This document shows, one piece after another, positions 49,801 through 64,000 of a DNA stretch of 64,000 nt (the stretch's first letter is position 1; the number at the start of each line of letters is the position of its first letter). Under the pieces are notes generated by a model. It ran no database searches. It saw only the letters and a program-made list of their open reading frames with translations, and was not told the origin of the DNA. The translations under genes were made by a program, and so were the position numbers. Source of the DNA: Balanoglossus misakiensis (Eukaryota > Animalia > Hemichordata); the NCBI GenBank assembly GCA_040954595.2, contig CM082578.2, forward strand, positions 14,988,998 through 15,052,997, written 5' to 3'.

Positions 49801-52800
49801 GTATCTTTGCTTGTCTGTGCCAGTGCTAATGTGTGCTTAAATGTTGTTCATGGCTGATATAATGAAGGGTATTTAAAGATGGAAAATTCTCCTGGGCTAC
49901 CTACCTCCCCCCCCCTCCCACCCCAAGAGTATGTAAAGTTAATATAAAGTCCTGGTTTTTTTAAATTTAATTATATATAAAAAAAAAACATTTGAAATAT
50001 AATGTATAGCTACAGCATGTTTCACTGCAGTAAAGATGCTTTTTTGAGTCGCGTAACATTAAATGAAGATTACAGTCACAAGTGGGGCTCTCTCTCCTCG
50101 TTGACTGCACAGTGTTGTCAGTGAACTCCAGTATCTGCCCCGTCCTACTATCGTCTGTATGTGGTCTGTGCAGTGTGTCACTAACATAACCAGAATTGCA
50201 CAGTGTTGACTGATTTGAGATTTGTCCTGTGAATCTGTGGTCTGGCAGTCCTGCAAAGCACAGGGAGAGCCCCACATGTGATATTGTAGAGATTGATAAT
50301 CGCTGCTGTATATAATAAATAAAACCTTGGCTTTTAAAATCTCTTCCGGCTTGTACATGGTGATCAGAAACATTTTTTTTAACGTTGTCCTCTCCTCCTC
50401 AACTCACCAGGGTGACAAAGTACGTACGCCATCCCCGATACTGGTTGCATCTCCTGTCATTGTCCAGCCTCCCCCAGAAGCGCTGTCAATCATTATTAAG
50501 CATCTCCATGACAACAGGATGAGGCTGATTGATCTCTTCACTAGGGCTGATAAAGATAAAAACTGGATGATCACCAGGGAAGAATTTCAAAAATGTATCA
50601 AAGATGTAAGTTGGTTTTCATTATTCTTGGAAAAGCAGACGACAATTAACAACAGTTCATAAGCAAGCTATTCGAACGAGAAGAATAAATAGGCAAAGTC
50701 ACTGCAAACAATGATCAATTGTAAGTTGATACATGTACATGTACTTGCAATTGTATCTCCACAGGCCAAAATCCCCCTGTCAGATGACTTACTCGAAGAG
50801 TTAGTGCATTCCTTGGATGAAGACATGAATGATCAGCTGGATTACCGGGAAGTGGCACACGGAATCAAAGAATATCAACTGGAAGAAAGGAGGATGCGCA
50901 AAGCTAGAATGAAAGGTGAATAAACCAAGGAAGTAGATAGGAAAATATCACAATAAGAACTAGTGAAAATGGAAAAATATGCACATTTTCCAAATAGCTG
51001 CTGAGATGATATCTCTATTTCTATCTTCACTAAAAATAAGAGGATTTCTGTCCTAAAATGTGGCTCGCAACAAGAGCCTTGATTATAACCGGTTTCTTCT
51101 TACAGTGTCATCTTTGTTTTCCTTCAGCTGCCAACAGTGAGTTGAATTCCACCAAGTCTGCAGAGTGGGACAGAATGGAAGGCTCCCAAAGTTCACACTA
51201 TCACAAATCAACAAGTCCCATCTCAAGACCTAGCTCTAAGACAGACGATAAACACACCAAGTCATCTGCATCCAAACATTCACGCATTAGTTCTGCTGCC
51301 TCGCGTGCATCCACTCCTTCACTGGGAGTTCCCAAAGTTGACATCACTGAGCAAATTCACATGCCTCCTGACAGCATGATTTATAAACGGAAGAAGGAAA
51401 GGGTCTTTAACAAACAGGTGAGGAAAACCAAGGAAATCCCAGAACTGCCAACAAATATTCATAACTGCACAGTGGCCATCCGGAATATATCTGATTTTTT
51501 CCCAGCAGGATAGATGTTATTAAAGTTGTGAAAAATTCAAGCTAACTGATATATTGTATCACAATTCCTTCTAAGATAATTCCACTACTATTACATCTAG
51601 TATATTGTACATAATTCATTGTTTTTCCTCTTCAATATCTGTTAATGAGTGTACTCGTGTGTGATTCTTGTCTATTTCAGGCTACAATGCCAAGCGCCAG
51701 CAAGAAACAGTGCAAGTCGGGCAACAAGGGTAAGGTGAAGACTGGTAACCGAGCTGTGGACAGCCACGCCCTAGCGAGCACACTGGGTGATGAGACAGCA
51801 GCGGGAATAGATCGCTACAGAGAGGCTAGACTTAAAGAATATCACAGACTAGTTAAGATGTGCCAAGAGAGAAATATACCCCTCACACCACACCTTCTTG
51901 AAAGAGGTCAGTGCAAAGTTCAAAGGTCAAAAGAACTTCATTGCTAAGGGCTGTTATATATCCTTCTCCCTCAACTGTAACCACATCACTTGTGGAAATC
52001 TTAAATCTGTTTCTTCAAGATAGCATAACATTTTTTGTCTGTGTTTGTATGACTCCTGTACTAAAACAAATGTAGCAATCTACATGTTGAAGATGTGGTT
52101 CCCTAAACTCATTATTTTGTTCTTCTCAGCGCTTCTTTCACCTGGCGACAAAAGTGCATCCAGCATAAAGCGTAGAATCCAACAGCCTGGATCTTCAGTG
52201 TTAGTATCAGCACATTTTGCTGACCCACCGGCCAGGCCCAAGACGCCTATTGAAGTCAAACATGCTGACAAAGTGCACCGCAGTAGAACAGGGGAACTGC
52301 TGATCGAGGCAAAACATACCTACCCTCAGAGAAGACACATAGAGCCACAAAAATCAGTCATGAATTTGTCCACAGGGAAGGCTTTCATTGCACCGAAAAT
52401 TGACTCTTGGTTGACTTTTGAGGAGTATGACCGACTGACAAGGTATGAGTTGTATATAGTCTGATTTGGTTTGCTTTTATAATAAGAATCTTTTTTGTGA
52501 CTAACAATTGAATAACTTGTATAATATCATTAATCTTTTCTATGATTTCCTTTTTGTTTTTAGGGATTTACAGAAGAGGTATGTTGTCCTAAATGGCACT
52601 TCTGACAAAAGTGCATTCTGGCCAGGCTACATGCTTGATAAGATTCGACTGTGCATGGACCATGATGACAGAGCTGTTGGCACGGCCACAGTGTACCAAA
52701 GTACACTACAGAAGAAACCGTCCAACTTGGGTTATTACAATAATTTACAAAGCTGGCCAACTGACTCTGGCTATGTCCAGTTTGCAGACATTACACAACA

Positions 52801-52828
52801 CAAGAGATATACAGTGGACCCAAAATAG
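46810..52828 (+). CDS. EFCAB12: EF-hand calcium-binding domain-containing protein 12-like
   Basis: Exons 46810-46960 (phase 1; optional, alternative start ATG at 48065), 48021-48583, 50411-50605, 50765-50915, 51128-51417, 51681-51906, 52130-52442, 52564-52828. Motifs PPPEALSII..HLHDNRMRLIDLF..ADKDKNWMITREEF, DEDMNDQLDYRE, HALASTL...LERALLSPGDK and FWPGYMLDKIRLC match EFCAB12 as I recall it. Confidence 0.85.
47181..47214 (+). promoter_or_regulatory. RFX X-box plus YY1-like motif; candidate internal EFCAB12 promoter
   Basis: GTCACTATAGCAAC (47181-47194) fits the 14-bp X-box pattern. CCAAAATGGCG at 47204-47214. A splice donor GTAAGT at 47280 could join the 48021 acceptor as a 5'UTR exon. Confidence 0.5.
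50071..50288 (+). other. Structured intronic element (long closing stem plus two homologous hairpins); candidate ncRNA, cis-element or MITE relic
   Basis: TCACA-A-GTGGGGCTCTC pairs with GAGAGCCCCAC-A-TGTGA. Inside are two copies of AYTGCACAG-TGTTG...TGTGGT-CTG(T)GCAGT. Confidence 0.55.
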
Positions 52829-54198
52829 TTTCAATAGTAGCTGGTTTTAGAGAGATTGTATATGCCACGTTGTAAAGGAAGGGTGCATTAATAATCAACA
52901 GACAAGATTTATTATGTTTTCTAATTGTCATAATAGGAAATGTTTCATCTCAACTTTTTTCCTTCCAGTCTTCTTCATATCAATAATTTGCATTTCAAAT
53001 TTAAAAGTCCAGCCATGAAGTGTATGCAAATTTATTATTTACATCGTCTGTTTTGTGTTTTCCATGATTGGCAATGGTGCTGTGTACTTACCTTGAGGGA
53101 TGGGCCATGGCTAAGCTTGCTGCTTCGGAAAATCTATGCATTTGTTTTCAAAGCTCAACCAAACCTTAGTTTGGTCTTTTTTATATTTGTCTTCCACATC
53201 ATGTTTGTCTTCTTGTGGGAAACCAAAGTGACTGTGTTGGTGTGACGTGACACCAATGGTCGGTGTAAAACTGAAAGTTCAATCTTGACAGAAAACTTCT
53301 TCATAGCAATTAAGTCAATCCTTGCAGCAAGTTTTTCATGAATATTTGAAACCCACCCCAAACTGCTTGTACTCAATGAGCACAGATTTTTGAAAAACTG
53401 CCATCACTAAGAAAATCTTTGTTTGATTTTCTGACAAGACAGCATTATTGACTCCTTATTTACCCTGAGAAAAAAAGTAAAATATATTTGTGCATTGGCT
53501 GAAAGTGTTCCAGCACTCTATTATGCTAATTACTTTTTTGCCTCTTCCAATTTAAAACTTACTTTGGCTATGCAGTCATTTTTAAAAATGAATTTACCTC
53601 AGCCTATGAATACCCACCACTTGAAAACAAAGTAATTCATTGTTTTTTTCTGCAGCTGGGCGATCATGCATGAAAGAGCGCCCTCATATGGCTACTATGA
53701 ATTTTTTTCTATCTCCCATTGACATGCCAACCCATGTGCGAAATGCATGCGCACGGGTACTAGAAGTAATAGTGTGATGCCAAACATTGTGTGCCAAATT
53801 ATATTTTTGAACTACATTGGCTAACCGTATGTAAGGAGTTGTTTGAAGAAATAAACAAGTCATTCTGAGAAAAGGAATGATGAGTATGTTTTTGTCTGAT
53901 GTGTACGACTTCAGTGGTAGAGTAAACTTGATGCTAGAAGATTCTTTTAAGTCATGAAAAAAATACCTTTATTCATTGACAATGAAAGTCTGGGTAGCTT
54001 GTTAGAAAGGTATTACAATAGGTGATAAATCACGATCATGTCTGCCCAATAACAATGTCCGATGGGGCAGAGAAAGATGCAAAAACAAAAGATATCGATG
54101 ATTGGCTCTTGCAAGAAAGTTTGTTGAGAAACACTAGAAAAAAAATACTTGAAGTACAAAGTGCAGAAAGGATGCAGTCTTTTAAATATGGTCCGTCA

Positions 54199-55796
<1,598 letters not shown>

Positions 55797-58700
55797 TTTG
55801 GTTTGTATTCTATTTGATTTCTATCTTCTTCTTAGAACCATGCAGAAATGCACTAGCTGGAGACTCTGCGGCATGTACCTCCACCACGGTCGACTTTGGA
55901 TTGTGATTCGGATTAGGATTCGAGTCAGTCACGTAGAGCGCCCCCAGCGACCATTTTGCCCACTTTTCCAGAGCCTGACTGCTCGTTTATACACTGGTTT
56001 CCAAACTTTAGCAACAGGTGAGAGTTCAGTTTTCAACTACTTCGTACCTCATCCTTTCTTTTTATCATTGTTGACTTGTTTATGGCATCAAAATTTAATA
56101 TTCTTGTCAAACACACACTTTGATATTTGTTTGTGTATCTATACATGCAGCCATGATTCTGTAGCTGGCTCAGCCTCAGGACAGTCTTCTTGTCTCAGAT
56201 TCAGAATCAGTCACTAATTAAACAAATGAGTATAAATTGGAATAATGTGTGTAAAAAGAACTGCAACATGACACAATACTTCTGATGTTGATTACCTTTA
56301 TTTCTAAACGCTTCACAGAATACAATTACCAGAGCATTTCATTGTATACAAATTGCTAGAAATCTGTAAAAAAGATAAAGCACTGTAGTAAGGTGTGACA
56401 ATTTGGCTAACTGTCACAATAAATTGACTGTTATTTTAAAATCACCCTGATTTCAACACAAGCTGAAGGAGAGCTATTCTCACCAGACATTTCCAAAGAT
56501 TCTCGGGTCTAATCACAATGGAAGTACACTGTAGCACTTTATAAATTGCTTGTATTACCCACTCAATGAAATCTCAAAACAGCCTCTATTTCAAACTGTG
56601 GGATATATCAGAGTTGCATTGCCAAGAAATATATTCACATAGGCTTTTCTTTCTTTCTATGTTCTTGAGACATGTACTGTGATTGGCCAAGAAACAAGAA
56701 CTCCTCTTGTATCAGCAAATTGATGGGCCCTTTTCTACTGCTTATATCAATCACGGCTGCAACTGTCTGTACTGTGATGACTTCATAACAATACCACTCA
56801 AAAAATGAAATATTTCATGCTATATAAATACCCTTTATTTCCATTATAAACCCATCCCCTATTGAAAATATCCTACGGGTGGAGAACTCATTCAATTGTG
56901 AATGGCAGCTCACATGAAACAAATTTCACAGAAATATGGCCTATTTATGACCTCACTGCCTAAAAGCTAAAACAGTTACTAGGACCATTACATATCTGCC
57001 TAAATTCACACATACCTTCAATGTATATGCATTGCAAATTCAATATGCAAAGTTCAACTTATAAAAACTTGGATAACACACTAAAAGGATCCAGGTTAAA
57101 GCATTGTGTCATTAAAATTTCCATTGAACAGTTCTGTATGCTACAGGAGAGGATTAAAAAGAAATTACAGAGACATACTCCTAAAAATCTATTATTATGA
57201 TAAAAAATTGGACTTCATTTTGACTTGTTTAATCTTGTGCATAGCATAGAGTGAGAACTTATTCAAGTCACACTGTGAAAATCAATTCTGAGCTGTAGAA
57301 GGTATAGTATACAAAAAGAATTTGACAACTTGACAAAATAGTTCACAACTGCCTTGCATTACTAAGTAATTATCTAGAGCATTTATCTCAATATTTTAGA
57401 AGCATGAACATTCACTTGTATAGAAAACAATAGAAACTTCAAAGAAACAAATCACTCAAAAATACAATCGCAAATGCTACTGGTAATTTCCAAATTAAAG
57501 CATTGATTGATTGATTGATATTGCCAGTTTTTATACAACTTCAGTCACTGTACCTAAAGTACAATTTAATCTGTTCCAACTCCCCTGCAGTCAGGAGCAT
57601 CTGCTTTTTGATAAAATATAGGTATGGAAAAGCCATTACTAGATTGATTTGGAACAACTGAAGGAGTAGCCGATACTCCTTACAACTACTTTGAGAGATG
57701 AATATGATGTAGCTGAAATCTCTCAAATTCTGTTGTAAAGGTTAATGCACATTTGGGACCATCTCAAAAAGGACACTTGATTGATTGATGAAAAATTATT
57801 TGCAGACACATGGAACCAATAATGGCAAGTGACAATATAATGCTAGTAGAAGTACAAACTGCAAATGATTTGAGAGGCACCTGACTTGAGATGACGTTTT
57901 CATCCAATCTAAATATACCTGCATCCGTGTAAACTGTTAATAAAATATTTCCATATCATTAGAAAAATGCCCTTCAAACAGAAAACTGTAGACATAAATA
58001 CTGCATAACAGGGGTGGGGGTTTACATATATTTTATCTTTCAATAAAAACATACGAAAAATACTTTACTGTGTTAATCGAACACATTCTCCCGAAGAGTT
58101 TCTGACAGAACTGTGTCTGCACATATTCCATTCCATCTAGTCAGTTGTGGAGAATACTCTTCCTTTAAAATCTTAAAATATATTCACCATATAAATGAGA
58201 TTATAAGCGAAGCTATACTGACTTGTGGGCATGTCCAGTCAATGCTTGCTCAGTAATAACATGCACACAATCTTTACTTTGAGACCTAAGGCACCAATTT
58301 GACTCTTTTTGTAAATAATCAAATATCTCTATTTGATAAAGAGCACTAGAAGTATTATCCTGAGTCTAGTTTATTACGATAAAATTCCAAAAGCACGTCC
58401 TATCCCATTTATATTTAGCACAAGCCATATCACACATTTTAAAATCGCAATTATCAACAGATTGAAGCATCCATTCTGTTAATATACAATTAGTATATTT
58501 TTCAATAAAAATAATAATAAAAGCATTAAACTTGCTATAAATATCAGTAAAAATATGGCATATAAATATTAATTCTATCCTATAAGTAGTAGGTCATATT
58601 TTATGAATACTTTGTGAATGTAAAAGCTGATATTGATGGTTTTGAGGGCCATGTTTTATGGTTGGCTTTTGATTCTGATTGATACAAGAATTAACTGGTG

Positions 58701-60745
58701 ACTTATCCATAGGTACTTGGAAATTGAATTCCATTTTTGATTTCAATACTTAACTTCATTTTTATTATACAATACACCGAGCATGTGACATATTTCATGT
58801 TCAACAGCCTTTTCTTCTTGAATGTCAAGGTCACCATGCCCTGTAAGCAATTATGACTGCCATCCTGACTTGTCAAAGGAAACCTTGAAATGCTGGCCTT
58901 GTCTGCATGAATACAGTTCCTTGACATCAGATTTTTCACATTTCAAAGACAGTTTGACATGTTATACAGCTGTCTGAGTGAACAATGTGAAGTCGTATTA
59001 ATATCTTAAAAAGGCCTTATCATATACTGTGTGTTCCCCTTAATAGTATATCCCATTAAATTTTGGCACATAAAAAGCCACAATTAAGACAAAACTATGA
59101 TTTCATGTACACACTTTTCGTCTGCTTGTTGTCAACATATGGACTATGTTTCACCATTTTCCCACAAGACATATTTGTAGCTATAAATAGGTTTTGTGTT
59201 CTTTGGGGTCATAGGTCAGTTGATAACAATTGTCAGAGTTATCCATCTGTCAGCCAATATTCCATATCACCAAACTGGTCATATATAGGTATTCATATCA
59301 TACAGAATAATTATGAAAAATGTATTTTCACAATATCACCCTAGTAATCAGCCTTTCTCATCTTAGTTTTCATTGGGAAGGGTCACCTAGGATCAATTCT
59401 CATCTTAGCATTATAGCTTTTTTCAACATTTGCTTCTTTTTGTTTAAATTTTGCTTCACAGCTATCTCTTTCGGAGGAGACAGTTGGTATTTTTTCTGAT
59501 TCTCATAAATTAACCTCTTCCAAGTATTTGGTTAGGACTCACTACCTGGCTGATCAGTAATGGGTTTTGGGGAGATTTTATCAGTGTCAGATAACAATAA
59601 TCTCTGCGAATACACAGCAGTTACATATCTACATCTTGTGATTTTTTCTCTCTAAAAGATTAAAATCACAGTTTGCTGCTTCAGTATAAAATCTCCACAA
59701 CATTCATATTCTATTGAATCAAGAAACCTGGCACAGAATTGAACATGCATTGACACACTTCAAAAACATGGTATTGTGATAACATGTACCTTATCACTTG
59801 GTGGGTCTCAGTTGTAAATGCTTAATGCATGCATATCCAGAACATGCACATTGCAAATCATCTGACTTTTGTGCAAACACATGTTGAATCTGAAGCATTT
59901 TCAGTGGCTAGCTTCAGCATATAACCAGATTTCATGCATTTACTATGACTAACAAGGCTTTCCACTTTTGATTGCAGCCGTTTCACAATGGTCAGTCACC
60001 ATGGCCTGTACATGTATTTTGCAATGCCCAGCATGCAAAGATTCGACTTGGATGCATATTCACAAAAGATCACAAAATGGGCACAGTGATAATCAGACGA
60101 ATGAAACCAATTGGAAGGTTTGGCATGCAAGAAGAAAACATGGCTGATGAGAAATGAAGGTGAGAAAATTCTTACAACAGCTAGCTGGTGTTTAGGAAAA
60201 TGCCTTTTCCATTCATTATTTGCATGATCACTGTTATATGAGAGCAAAGCATAGCAATGTATGGCATCCCTTCACCCATCAAGTCGTAACAGTTCATGTA
60301 TTGGCAATATCATAGGCATAAAATGAGGTATATTTTGGTCAAATCAGTCACAGCGGTCGATTAATGGTTGGTATTCTCGTCCCAATACGGATAAAAAACA
60401 AAAGCCATCCCTTGATGCATTGGTGAGCTTTTTGGAGCTTACATAAACCCTTGGAGCTGGAAAGACCATCAATTCTGTTGAAAGATGAAGAAAGCAAAAA
60501 GATGACGTCTGTGATTATAAAGAAAAGCGTGAGAGAAGAATGCTTGCAAAGAAATGAACCAGCGATTACACCCTACTGAGGAACAGCCCTGGTAGGCAGT
60601 GGGGGAAATGTTATGACGTGCAGAAGACAAAGGGAAAACTGACACGCAACTGAGACATGGCGTAGGATAACATGGCCAGAAGTATGCACAGGACTGGAAA
60701 TATAAGAGAGAAATAAAAACAGAGGAATAGGGGAATATTACCACT

Positions 60746-63700
60746 TCAAGAAGAAGCCTGGTGCTGTCGACCCTGATGGAACTTGCCCTGAGTTCTCGGA
60801 GCAGGAGGCTGTGACACAAAATTGAAACTGATATGAAATGGATGTGGGGGAAAAATCAAGGCTCGGTGACACGTCTTGTTAATTTTTTTCAATTAGTGGT
60901 TTTATTTTTTATTTTAATTTAATTATCAAAATAAATCTAGCCACTTGTCTGTTATCCATAACATTAAAAAGTTAGCTCTATATAATTATTTTATACGTGG
61001 CTAATGTCCCATTATTTATGTTTGGCATCTCATCTGCAAGATGGGTTAATTTCTAGATAATTCTTGCATTCTTGCATGCAACTGATCTTTTTCAAAGTCC
61101 CCCTCCACACAAGTTCTAGACTCCACTGTAAAATACTCTCTATCCCCCCCCATTCAACTAATCCCCTTTACAATACCTATTTCCTTTTCTTCACATTTTG
61201 GCAATTCATGTATTGAATTTATGCCTTAGTACTGTTTTAATAATCAATGCAGAAAATGGTGGTACACAAAGTGAAAACTTTGCACACGAAAATTGAATTA
61301 ATAACTGTGTACCGATTGAAGTTTGTGACCAAATTTCACAAAACGTTATGAGAGTTAATGCAAAATATACGCAAATACTATACCAGGAAACTGATGTTAT
61401 GTAAACAGTAAATAAAAACAGTGGTTTTGTAAAAATTAAACGGTAAAACTAATAACTGAATGTTGATGAATAACATGGCAGATTGAAGTTAAAAAGTTTC
61501 TTACTGTAAATAATTTAAATTTTCAGCAGAAAACATTTTAAATTACCTTTCAAGATTTAAAAACACCCTAAACAAATTCATGACATCAAATAAGAGTTTG
61601 AATATAGTAGGAAAAAAATGTTAGATTTTAAACTTAAAATACAGAATATACCCAAATCAAAATTTATAAACTGGATCATTAAATTAAAAGCTGTTTATTA
61701 ATCTGTCATCAGCTGCCCGTAAGGAGTAAGTTCTGCCATTAAAATTTCTTACAAATTTTATAGCCAAATTTAGTGTATATTTTATGATATGTGAACAATT
61801 TCATCAATAAATTACTTTTTAAGCAAGTGCAACAGATATTTTTGTTGAAATTCAACTTTTGACTTTAAGTATTTCTATCTGATTTTAATAGCATTGCGTT
61901 ATTTAGAATTTCATTACCAGAAAGTTGCATAGCTTCCTTCAACATCATTATAACACTCCCCCCCCCCCCATCCAGAGTCCAAACCAAAGTCTGTTATTTT
62001 CTTATACCATATGTGTATATTGCTTCTGCAGATTTAGACCCATATCAGCAAGTTAGAGATAGAAAGTGGGAGAACACTTAACATTACCCTGAGATATAAA
62101 GCATGCTGGAAGTTAGTCATACAGGAAAAGTTTGCTTGAAGTTCAACATTACAAGATACACAAAAGATAGAAGGGGTTATATTCAGACTGGTAGCAGCCA
62201 CATGCAATAAACACCAATTTGTTAGCGGAAAAAATAAGGCTTTGCATAAACAGTGAGATAACATTTAAATTGCAAGCATCTGTGCATTGTTATGTTGTTA
62301 AAAGCAACAACTGTTAGTCCTTGTGAACAGTGTCTGACTGTAGATGCAGTCCATGTGTCATCACACTTATGTATTTTCAGATCAATGCAATTGCATGGGT
62401 GAAAATGTCACTAGGGTTGTCCGTGTCTTGGCAGGATTTGGGGAGAAAGTGGGTGTGTTCAAGTAACAGTGTTTTTTTTCATGGATGGCAGTCAGATAAA
62501 CTGGTGTCATGTATTCAAAATTGAGCACAAACCAAATACTTGTTACTTGTACAAATCCTTCTTTCATTCAATTTGGCTTATGTGATGTACTGTCAATGGT
62601 GGGATTCGTATCTGGAAAGTTTTTCATGTAAAGCTCTATGATCAACTGGAATGCTATATCCACGGTATTGACTCACTCGTGATGATTTCTGACGTCTTGT
62701 TCCGGTACTCCGTCGTGAAGTCTGTCTCTCGTTATTAAGCTCATACTCTTCCAATCTTTGGGTGAGGGCTAATTTCTGCTGGATGGCCATACGCAGGAGG
62801 GAGTTGAGGGTCTTCCTCTCCTCTTCGGCCGAGGAGAGTTTCCGTTGCATCTCATCCAGTTGGGTGACGTAGTCATCACAGCGAGTTGCGAACATTGCCC
62901 GCAGACTAGCGAAAGTGGCTGCGTCTTCTTTGAGGGCCTTGAGTTCATTGCGTAGTTTCATCATAGTTTCGGCCACGATGGTCTTCTCATTTCCATATTT
63001 GCTCTTGAGGTTGGCCAGTGCCACTTCGGCCGTGGTCTTGTTGGCCTTCAGGACCGTTCTCAGAGTTGTGATCTGATCACGTTTTGTCGTCAGCAGCGAC
63101 TTCAGCTTGACGACCTGAGCCTGCAGGTCCTCGTTCTCGGCCAAGCTGCCCCCGTCAACTCGGTGCTGTCTGGACGCTTCAACCGTATGTTCGATGGCGC
63201 GTTTCAGGTACTTCACCTGATCACGCATTGTAGCCAACATATTAAAGCACGTGGATGCATCGGCGGGGCCTCCACTACCCAGAAGGCCGTTCTGTTCCTC
63301 TTGTGTAACTTTTCCGTCGGCCGTGCCGTTGGTGGAAGCGTCTTCCAGCATTGCCTCGTCAATGTCCTTCGAGTTTCTGTCTGCATTCCTGCGTTCTTTT
63401 CTGCTCATGCTGCTGGCGTTGTTGCTCCTGCTAGGCCCGATTCCTCGCAACTTGCTGGCGATGTGCGTGTGGAATCCTTCCCTCCGACTCAAACGCGACG
63501 TCTTGAAGTGTTCCAGCATCACCTTGTTTGGCGCCTCTCCGTTCACTGTGCAAATGTGGTGGTACAGCTGGGCAAGATCCTCACTGATGCTGATCAACTC
63601 GTCCCGCATACAATTCAAATGTCCTTGACTTTCACCCATGATCTCGTTTCTTTCCTTGAGCTTCCTCTCCAGTTCTTTCACTGTAGTGTTCTGCTTCTTG

Positions 63701-64000
63701 CTGCTATCACTCAGGACACTCATCTCGGCTTGCAGATCGTTGTAGACTTTGGTTGGGATGTTCTGATGCTCATCATCAGATCTTTCTTGATACATGTTCA
63801 GCTCGGCTTGCTGCTTCTGCATCCTGGCAACGGCTGCAAGGAACCGTTTCTCGTAACGCGCAATGTCTTTCTTCAGTCTGGTGATTTCTCTGTCCTTGTC
63901 CTGTAGGTCCTCGTATTCCTCGTGCTCCTCACCCTCGCTGGCTGCCCCGTCTTCCTCGAACTCACTCAGAACCTTCTGGTCAACAACAGCTGACAGTCGG
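60746..64000 (-). CDS. BICD: Bicaudal-D dynein adaptor, C-terminal coiled coils; gene begins beyond the window end
   Basis: Large exon from beyond 64000 to 62677 with SEDLAQLYHHICTVNGEAP and VVKLKSLLTTKRDQITTLRTVLKANKTTAEVALANLKSKY...ELKALKEDAATFASLRAMFATRCDDY...LLRMAIQQKLALTQRLEEYE. Donor GTGAGT at 62676. Probable terminal exon 60808-60746 (PPAPRTQGKFHQGRQHQASS*). Confidence 0.95.

Noticed and set aside
50108-50205. Two CACAGTG heptamers (V(D)J RSS or Transib-like) and CAGUGU IRE-like loops
   Set aside because: No nonamer at 12- or 23-nt spacing and no 5-bp target-site duplication around the CAC-starting inverted repeat. No 5-bp upper stem with a C bulge for an IRE.
63163-63906. 247-aa and 125-aa plus-strand ORFs
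   Set aside because: Antisense shadows of the GC-richer BICD coiled-coil exon.

Overview
AT-rich, intron-dense animal genomic DNA; gene content and intron style suggest a marine invertebrate, probably a deuterostome (inference only). I reconstructed ten protein-coding genes by hand from splice sites and reading frames. In order: the 3' end of DNM1L/Drp1 (+), an LRRC74-like LRR gene (-), a pleckstrin PH-DEP-PH gene (-), two tandem paralogous type I receptors with CUB-CUB(degenerate)-LDLa-EGFn-TM architecture (-), an NXPE/PC-esterase SGNH gene (-), an M1 aminopeptidase N-like gene (+), EFCAB12-like (+), NAA10 (-) and the 3' part of Bicaudal-D (-). Non-coding features include a 783-bp PIF/Harbinger-type MITE with a TAA target-site duplication and a (CAT)25 microsatellite. 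The strongest leads are: (1) an unexplained ~218-nt structured element with two identical internal loops in an EFCAB12 intron; (2) the receptor pair, where only one copy has PPxY motifs; (3) an AUGA stop/start overlap or 1-nt frameshift in upstream EFCAB12 exons; (4) a 15-nt microexon candidate in LRRC74; (5) active-site motif variants in the NXPE-like and M1 enzymes. All gene models are manual, family calls are from recalled motifs, and nothing was verified by search or transcript data.
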